Under the pieces are notes generated by a model, which was not told the origin of the DNA, did no database searches, and worked only from the letters and a program-made list of their open reading frames with translations. This document shows, in pieces, positions 32,201-39,063 of a DNA stretch of 64,000 nucleotides (positions are counted from its first letter, which is position 1; every line of letters starts with the position of its first letter). The DNA is from Trichomonas gallinae (lineage: Eukaryota), in NCBI GenBank assembly GCA_008369845.1, contig MRSU01002690.1:1-64000 (forward strand), read 5' to 3'. The translations under genes were made by a program, and so were the position numbers.

Positions 32201-33912
32201 AGCATCTCGATGACATAATCAGCTCTGCTTGCAAAGCAACGCAAACTAATTTGTTGCAATTACAATCCGCCGCATTTCCTGTCCTTCAGAAGGTCATTGA
32301 ATTATTTAAGGGAAGAGTAACAGAAGAAGGAAACAACCTTCTTTCTCTATATGACTCACAATTCACACAGGCAGTGAGAGCTGGATTTTGCTTGGACTTA
32401 AGTGTTCCAGGAAGATTTTTGTATTCTTACTTAACATTCAACACAGAAAACATCATGAAAGAGTCAGGTGGTGGCTTAGCAATTCTCAAAACTTACATCG
32501 ATGGATTGACAAACTGCAAACAGCGCTCACAGCAATTTTATTCATTAGCAACACACTTATGCACATCAGCAAGACATTCGCCAATTATTCATAAAGAAAT
32601 CGAAGGGTTTTTGAAGACATTGACTCCACTTTTGGCAAAAATCGTTTTCAATTCTATGTCATTATATAAGAATGACAGGGCATGGCGCGAAGTCACAAAG
32701 TTTAGGGAATTCGCATCAGTCTTCTATGTCGAAATGCTTCCTAATTTCGTTTGGCTGCAGAATAACTCAGAAGTAATTATTCCGTTCGATATTTTAATCT
32801 CTTTCTTTTTGATTGAAGTCTCAAAGTCAAGAGAAAAATGGCTCGCTGATGCTGCTTTTGATAGCCTCAAAGTAGCATTCCTTCACAACGCATCAGCTGT
32901 TGATCCATCGCTTGTTGATTTATCTCTAAGAACAGTCATAGCTGATCTTTCGAGGATTTCTCATGAAAATGCTGTTTCTTTCTTGACTGGTTGCGCAAAA
33001 ACATTGCAAAAAGGAAAGAACTATGACTCACTTCGTCGCAACATTCTCTCTTTGACGTTAAACGGCTACTTCGACACAGGAGTTCTTTCTCATGTAATTT
33101 ACACCGACTCAGAAAACAAACTTGAAGAATTTGTTCCAGCGATTTCTGAAAAACTCACAGAATCAGTTGCAAACGGTACAACAGGTGTTGATAGATGTGT
33201 TGCTTTATTTTCTATGATATTCAAACATTATCCTTCCAAAGTCGGCCTTTTGATATCTGATGTCCTCAAACTTCAGTCTGAAGCTGTCTTAGAAATACTA
33301 GGTGTTGCTTGTCAAACATTTGAAGGCGAGTTTCCATTTGACATTGTTTCTCGATTTTGTGTTCAAATGTTCAGGCGTGGAGGCATGCTTTTGATTGCAA
33401 GATTATTGTTAAAGCGCCCAGATGCAGGCTTCGTTCTTTTGCAGAGTGGTGGCATTAAGTCAGCCTTTTTGATGTCAGTCAATGATTTCTCAAACATCGG
33501 AGTTTATATCAGATTCATTGAATTAGCATTAGATGTTTCCACAAAACTATCTAGTGATGTTTCTTCGAAACTGGCAGTTTCGACAACAAAACTTTGCTGC
33601 AAACTTATCGTTCAATATGGAAATGATGTGATGAAAGGTCACCAGACTGTTCAACAGTGCGTCAACCTATTGATGATCTGCAAAGGAATTGTTGGCGATG
33701 AAAAATTCATTGAAGTTCTTAAAGGTGTTGATGCATTTGACAGGCAGGATGTTTTCAAGATGCTCGAAACTCACATTCAAAAAGCCGCAATCAAAAAGAA
33801 ATCAAAGCAATTGGCAACCTTCTCAAATAACCAAAGAATCAGAAGGTCTGAAGATGACTGGCAGACACTCGAATTATCATCATCGGACGACGAAGATGAT
33901 GACCAAAACTAA
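29284..33912 (+). CDS. HEATR5/Laa1-like large HEAT-repeat AP-1 accessory protein
   Basis: About 1540-aa helical-repeat ORF; HLDDIISSACKA...LQSAAFPVLQKVIELF...LLSLYDSQFTQAVRAGF resembles HEATR5 HL.DLIRMAF.A...LR..GL..L..II..F...LLEQYQAQ..AALRPAF. Confidence 0.75.
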   Translation: MDELIQEIENLSKVSRILQPEQMIMTKLHNLSQFLNENLTSQQFKQIENALLSLFSINAGNFSIPCALNIAKSLVILYKYTKNPQFFDLFSLAVEKQTTTSTIIAVGYVMRYHGQQAKSQLPRFVEHNLKQAQNMDFAVVYALRCVFKTFVKTIENFVPNAFQFAKRAIIPPRQTTILACLKLFKVLLKYGSITPEMVFECVNSILREDQFPVIKNEIASLVARCAFSPISNVIKNDSNQNEWAITGDKDKPKQIFAKPLKDIERFPIIMDMSIMHFLDLLSPEMIAQDSSTIFNYIRAKSEANLQRLIPMLPEDSRNQYFNDILKEVPSPIQLHLLSMMSPDNGSATSIARAAVDLSFSNNKLFRRVALDFFVTFAKEQPSAANQFLAESLKFLLEDNSNNFFKTRGMGYIAKTILNNSNSAGQLISDNKDSLDQLIQNAFSNFNIESPLCCAVLHILSALPEEFGTIERVSAVINESISKFKGNLSSHAKKTLKAMIIFRNNVPEENSCKALVELVINNFQKIPIPAIKALCEIVPKYLSSTSIANVVAEKIIDRTTALKISTDLIKNFIKRSLPTGLDLLKLPTPLTPQQIRDQAVLEHIIRNFPALFNAADQNGRIKLYEKLISLVNTAPIARLYLLAICQSEFCNSLPISALNYFIQQCNTNNLSQLQLSAECVGAFLVQHPNSVSNVISYIEKLNTMNGCFILSALASYVQLDKDCILRAFIYVSCKIRDQRLLAFAALALASICFNNDMLIIELGISMDQLSVIFQALQSNSAMQPIVVNLLAESFSIMLETMSVELPTNPILSDLVYCIVSSIECIPISYSHEAFFSVSKSLFTFAYSISDIANIKYPLYLGAPTEIQLSACDAFSFYGKFNKIDLDISQMLLKALTLLQRTGDERASAYILTLANGSKNVEFWISHIRRILLTSSLFDTQGASIEPTPTVKQCCLNVCLILLTQIAEAEVLNTEHLDDIISSACKATQTNLLQLQSAAFPVLQKVIELFKGRVTEEGNNLLSLYDSQFTQAVRAGFCLDLSVPGRFLYSYLTFNTENIMKESGGGLAILKTYIDGLTNCKQRSQQFYSLATHLCTSARHSPIIHKEIEGFLKTLTPLLAKIVFNSMSLYKNDRAWREVTKFREFASVFYVEMLPNFVWLQNNSEVIIPFDILISFFLIEVSKSREKWLADAAFDSLKVAFLHNASAVDPSLVDLSLRTVIADLSRISHENAVSFLTGCAKTLQKGKNYDSLRRNILSLTLNGYFDTGVLSHVIYTDSENKLEEFVPAISEKLTESVANGTTGVDRCVALFSMIFKHYPSKVGLLISDVLKLQSEAVLEILGVACQTFEGEFPFDIVSRFCVQMFRRGGMLLIARLLLKRPDAGFVLLQSGGIKSAFLMSVNDFSNIGVYIRFIELALDVSTKLSSDVSSKLAVSTTKLCCKLIVQYGNDVMKGHQTVQQCVNLLMICKGIVGDEKFIEVLKGVDAFDRQDVFKMLETHIQKAAIKKKSKQLATFSNNQRIRRSEDDWQTLELSSSDDEDDDQN

Positions 33913-34502
33913 TTAATGTAATTATTTATTTTGATTAAATATATACTAGCTTTTCATAACCTTTTTTTTTTTTCTGAAAATTGTAAATGAATCATTTTAT
34001 GTCTCACAATTTTCACTTTTATATTAAAGACAGAGAAAAAGATAATATGAAGCGAATTATCTGATAAAAATATTATAAATAAACGACATATTGTATTTTA
34101 TTAATTCAAAAATTTGTTCCTAAAATTTTAAATAAATTTAAATGGAAAATATTTTGGCCTATATACCGAACAATTAATTTGATTGTTAAATGAAATTTTA
34201 TAAATTTTAATAATTTTCAATTATTTACGATCATTTGAAAAATAATGATGGATAACCAAATAACATATATTGAATAATATTATATTTTTATCGTATATAA
34301 AAATTGAATGAATTTCCTTTAATTAAATTTAAAATGACTAGATATATGTATTTAATCGAATGTATTAATTATTTGATTTCAAAAATTGAAATAAAATTCA
34401 ATAATAAAAAAATAATAATTAATGGCAAAAATAATGAATTTGTTATTATGTTTAATCATTTCACTATGTGATCCAAAAATTTTATTGAATATAAAGCTAA
34501 AA

Positions 34503-36359
34503 ATGTTTATCCTGCTATCAACATGTAACTGTTTGAGATTAAGCACTCCTGAAAACTATGAATTACCAATTCGAGCAGGATATTACACTTTAACAGTAGT
34601 TGGAGGCCAAGGAGGCCAAGCATGCTATAAAGGTGAACCGTATCCCGATACAGTTGGTGGCCATGGAACTATTATTACAGGAACATTGCACTTAACAGGT
34701 TACTACAATTATTACATAACTGTTGGTGGTTCTCCTACTGCAACCTGCGGAAATTCAATAAATCAAGGCGCAGATTTTGGAATTGGAGGCAATAGTGGTG
34801 AAGATCTAGAATTTGGTAGTGGTAATGACCAATCTGGAGGTGGTGGTGGTTATTCTTCCTTTGAACAAATTAAAGATCAAAACTTTATTCCAATTGTATT
34901 TGCTGGTGGTGGATCTGGTGCATCTCAATTGAGCAATGGAGCAAGTGGAGGTAGATTTTTAACGACATTTTACATAGATAAGGATTATAAAGAAAAAGAA
35001 TGCAGAACAAATTTATTTAGTAACCAACAAGAAATATGTGGTATTATGAATGGACAAAGTGGTGGAAATGGAGGAGATTCTTGGTGGGTTCCTGGAAGTG
35101 GAGGTGGTGGTGGCTTTCGTGGTGGTATTGGTGGCATAGGTACAGGAGATGGTTCATACAAATCAGTAGGATGGGGCGGTGTCAGTGCGTGGGATCCAGA
35201 TTATTTTCATGGTGTTCCACAAAGCAAGGTAGGGATTAATAATGGTGCAGAAGGAAATGGATATGTTTCAATTGAAACTATAACTGCTTGCAAAGAAACA
35301 TGTTTTGATTGCTCGATTGATAATGAATCTAATTGTCCTCTTTGCTTCCCAAATGCATTCAAATATGAAGGTTCTTGCTTTTCCTCTTGCGAGGAAACAC
35401 CCAATCCTACCTATGCAAATACACTAACTAAAACATGTGTAAGATGTCTAGAGGAATGTAACACATGTAGCAATGGAAATTCATGCCTTTCATGCAAGTC
35501 AGGTTACGAATTAAATAAAGGAAGATGTGTCCTAACTCCCTATAGCACACCATCAAGTACACCATCTAATACTCCATCAAGTACACCATCTAATACACCA
35601 TCAAGTACACCATCTAATACTCCATCTAATACTCCATCATCAACACCATCAAGTACACCATCTAATACTCCATCTAATACTCCATCATCAACACCATCAA
35701 GTACACCATATAGCACACCATCATCAACACCATCAAGTACTCCATCATCAACACCATCAAGTACTCCATCATCAACACCATCAAGTACTCCATATAGCAC
35801 ACCCGAAAATACATCAATGATGACACCTAGTAGCACTCCACCACAAACTCCATTCGATACGCCATCAAATAAGGCAATTGCAGGACCATCAAAAACACCA
35901 GAAGTAATAGTTCCTGAAAAAACAGAAGGAAATGAGAAACCAGAAAAACAAGATCCATCAAATAATAATCAACATCAGCAACAACAAAATGAAAATGATA
36001 GAAATTTATCTTCAGGTGTAAAAGATAAAAATATTGGAAACGATAACACACCAAAGAAGGAAAAGAATATCATCCCGTTGATAATCGGAATCATTGTTGG
36101 ATTGCTTGTTCTTTCTGCAATTATATGCGTCGCGTTATACTTTGCATTGCGAAATAAAGGCGATCATGAATCATGCGAAGATTGCAATGTCGAGATGACA
36201 GAAGAGACAGTCATCACACCAACACTTTCAGATGCCACCGGAACGACGATGGACAACCCTCTTTTCACCACAACAGTTGGATTCGAAAGTGACGACATTT
36301 TCAACGACGAAAATGGTCAGTTCGATGACTATTTCGGTGTCGATGACCAAGAATTGTAA
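34503..36359 (+). CDS. Type I surface protein: ALK/LTK-like glycine-rich domain, furin-like CxxC repeats, Pro/Ser/Thr stalk, TM, NPLF/acidic tail
   Basis: GYYTLTVVGGQGG, SGGGGGYS, IVFAGGGSGA, GGGGGFRGG, GNGYVSI; CxxC repeats; TM IIPLIIGIIVGLLVLSAIICVALYFAL; tail TMDNPLF...DDIF. Likely start 34503 (the ORF is open from 34422). Confidence 0.8.
   Translation: MFILLSTCNCLRLSTPENYELPIRAGYYTLTVVGGQGGQACYKGEPYPDTVGGHGTIITGTLHLTGYYNYYITVGGSPTATCGNSINQGADFGIGGNSGEDLEFGSGNDQSGGGGGYSSFEQIKDQNFIPIVFAGGGSGASQLSNGASGGRFLTTFYIDKDYKEKECRTNLFSNQQEICGIMNGQSGGNGGDSWWVPGSGGGGGFRGGIGGIGTGDGSYKSVGWGGVSAWDPDYFHGVPQSKVGINNGAEGNGYVSIETITACKETCFDCSIDNESNCPLCFPNAFKYEGSCFSSCEETPNPTYANTLTKTCVRCLEECNTCSNGNSCLSCKSGYELNKGRCVLTPYSTPSSTPSNTPSSTPSNTPSSTPSNTPSNTPSSTPSSTPSNTPSNTPSSTPSSTPYSTPSSTPSSTPSSTPSSTPSSTPSSTPYSTPENTSMMTPSSTPPQTPFDTPSNKAIAGPSKTPEVIVPEKTEGNEKPEKQDPSNNNQHQQQQNENDRNLSSGVKDKNIGNDNTPKKEKNIIPLIIGIIVGLLVLSAIICVALYFALRNKGDHESCEDCNVEMTEETVITPTLSDATGTTMDNPLFTTTVGFESDDIFNDENGQFDDYFGVDDQEL
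35536..35810 (+). repeat. Coding 12-bp tandem repeat (TPSS/TPSN/TPYS, about 22 units)
   Basis: Repeated AC(A/T)CCATCAAGT, AC(A/T)CCATCTAAT and ACTCCATCATCA units. Confidence 0.95.
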
Positions 36360-36436
36360 TATATTATAATAAATCTATTCATGAGAAAAAAACAATTTTT
36401 TTATTTGAAAAACAGAAAAAAATAGAGTTTTTTACT

Positions 36437-37954
36437 TTAATACTTAACACTTAACTGTGATCTTGGAACAAGATGAAGTTCTGTGAGAGTCTTCTTGTAG
36501 TCAGCACGTGGAATAGCAGCACGCGGGATGATTGTTTCGAATGTCAAGACTTTGGATGAAAGTATTGGCATCTCCTGTTTGAGTTTCCTTTCCACATCTG
36601 AAATTGAGTCCTCGAGTCCAAACTTCATGACTTTTCTCGTGTTGTCAGGGAAGACGAACTGAATAGTAGCTTCTGTTGGTGCAGCTCTTGGCTGAACTGG
36701 CTGCTGAACAGCTTGTGTTTGTTGGATTTGATCCGCCTGTTTTCCTGCAGCTTCAGCTCTTTGTTGTCTGATCTTTGCCTTGACTCTCTCGAGTTCGATT
36801 TTATCCTTGAGGCGTTGCTGCTCGATCTCTCTACGCTCTATTTCGCGCTTTCTTTCTTCTAATGCTTCACGGCGTGCTTGTTCTTCAGCGAGATTCTTCC
36901 TTCTTTCCATTTCAGCTTTTGCGCGAGCTTCTGGAGAGTTCTTAGCTTCTTCAGCAGCTTTAGCTTTAGCGCGCATCTGTGCGACGAAGTCTTTGGCCTC
37001 TTGTTCGGATAATCTCTTCTTCTTTGGTGGAATTGGTTCACCATTCTGTACTTTATTGATGTAATCGAGTGCCTTATCGATAGATTCGGCATCGCAGTAG
37101 TCAATAGCCTGCAAAACTAATGATTCTTCGAATCCAAATTCGAGAAGATCGTTCTTCATTGATTCAGCAGCTGGTGAAAGAGATTCTGACTTGCACTCTT
37201 GCTTTGGCTGTTCAACTGGTGCTGCGCATGCTGGAGCTGCCGGTGGAGCAGCAGCATCAAAAACTGTGTGTCTTTCTGGAATGTTTTCAACTGGCTTTGA
37301 TAAGTTTTGAAGTCTCTCTACTTCATTCTGATGTTCAGCGATCCAAGAAACGCAATCATCGATTGATCCGTTTTGAGTAGCTTTCATTGCAGCTAAAGCG
37401 ATGTTTTCTGGGAACTGCATGTCCAAGAGCATCTGCTTAAGTTCTGGATCGAATGCAGGAGCTTTTTGTGGAATCTTGCAGACTCCACCTTCGCAGCATT
37501 GATTTGGAGTTGATTTTTGTTGTGATTGTTCGACTTCTTTACGTGGCATGTTTGCTTGTGCTTGAAGTATAGCGAAATAGTCACCAGAAGGTGATGGTGA
37601 ATCGCCGAGTGTTCTTCCTTGACCAGAGAACGCTCCTGATGTCTTATACTTTTCAATAATCGAGACTATTTTGTTTTGATCGAATCCTTGTACTTCTCCG
37701 ACTTTTTTTCCTTTCATGAAGAACATGAAAGTTGGTGTAGCGCGGATTCCGTATTCAGATGCTGTTCCTGGGCATGATTGGCATTCAACACTGTAAAATG
37801 CGCAAGTTTTGTATTTTCCGGCCATTTGATTCCAAATCGGCTTCGCGCTAATGCAAGGCGGGCATCTTGGGTTTCCGAAATCAACACAGACGAGCTTATC
37901 GTTGGTAGATCTGACAATGAACTCTAATTCTCCGTCCTTAAGTTCTTTTGCCAT
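36437..37954 (-). CDS. Thioredoxin - SHP box - UBA - UBA - coiled coil - UBX protein (p97/Cdc48 cofactor, UBXN1-like)
   Basis: VDFGNPRCPPC and YGIRATPTFMFF (Trx); FSGQGRTLG (SHP box); LLDMQFPENIALAAMKAT and LLEFGFEESLVLQAI (UBA); C-terminal ATIQFVFPD...F...FETIIPR...TLTELHLVPRSQL (UBX). First ATG at 37954. Confidence 0.85.
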   Translation of the reverse strand: MAKELKDGELEFIVRSTNDKLVCVDFGNPRCPPCISAKPIWNQMAGKYKTCAFYSVECQSCPGTASEYGIRATPTFMFFMKGKKVGEVQGFDQNKIVSIIEKYKTSGAFSGQGRTLGDSPSPSGDYFAILQAQANMPRKEVEQSQQKSTPNQCCEGGVCKIPQKAPAFDPELKQMLLDMQFPENIALAAMKATQNGSIDDCVSWIAEHQNEVERLQNLSKPVENIPERHTVFDAAAPPAAPACAAPVEQPKQECKSESLSPAAESMKNDLLEFGFEESLVLQAIDYCDAESIDKALDYINKVQNGEPIPPKKKRLSEQEAKDFVAQMRAKAKAAEEAKNSPEARAKAEMERRKNLAEEQARREALEERKREIERREIEQQRLKDKIELERVKAKIRQQRAEAAGKQADQIQQTQAVQQPVQPRAAPTEATIQFVFPDNTRKVMKFGLEDSISDVERKLKQEMPILSSKVLTFETIIPRAAIPRADYKKTLTELHLVPRSQLSVKY

Positions 37955-39063
37955 CGAAAAAATGATCTGACCAATCTGCAAAAATTTTGATGTTTTCCAT
38001 TAAAACAGTACCTAATGAATCCAAAAACGTCATAAAAAATAAGTATCCGACTTTTTAAAAAAAATAATTTAACGCGAATTATTCAAAAGTTACTTTTTTT
38101 AAGGGTCCGCTCCGGCCAAATAGCGGTCTATCGTCTATTTTTGGATGACCTCTCCAAAAGTGAGTATTAGGGCCGATTAAGTAAAAAAAAAAATTAAGCG
38201 AGAGAATTATTTTTTAGATGATACTAGCACCACCTGCAAAGTGGTGCATATTGTAAGCGCATTAGATCTCTTGAAACAGGTTGGTCGGAGGATTTTAGAA
38301 AATGAAACTCAAAGATCTTCCTAAATTAAGAATCATTTACTAGAATTTTCTTCTTAATATTTTCCATTAAACATGCTATTGAAAAAAAATGCAATGAGAA
38401 GATAAGCACAAAAATTGAATGAATAATATTTGGTTTCATTGCTATCATTAAGGCATTGAGTATACTATCATGTTTACCTATGAGGTTAGTTCAGTTTTAA
38501 TCATCTATGAAAGTAGTTGTCAAATGTTATTTCTTGGTGAATATTGAAATGATATCAGATATTTTTGATGCATCATAACAATAATAAAAAAATAATTACA
38601 TTTTTATCATTCAAAATAGAATAAGTCTATATCTTTCAATTATTTTCATTAAATTAAAAAATATCATTAAATTTTCTATTGTATAATAATGCAATGATGA
38701 TTGGTGGAAAGTCCTCAATAATTTACTGAGTCTATATATTTTAAATTTGAAAAGAATCATGAAATTATAAAATAATATTTCTAAATTTCATGGATTATGG
38801 TAGAGAAATATTGTTCTTTGCTTTAATGATATATTATATAGTAGTTTATGCATCCAATTACACATTTGTTAAAGAATTAAGCATTAAACAAAATCTACAT
38901 TAGTAAAGTGGCAAAACATACTGAATAATAGAAAAATGACGATATAAAAACCGTCAATAAAAGTGACGAAAAAATTCTAAGCGGAAAAGTGATGAATGAA
39001 AACTGTCATTAGAAAAGTGACATATAAACGTGACAAAAACGTGACAATCAGAAAAAAAAAATT

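Noticed and set aside
38227..38247. tRNA-Cys gene
   Set aside because: Only an anticodon-like stem-loop; no acceptor stem, D arm or TTC-containing T arm.
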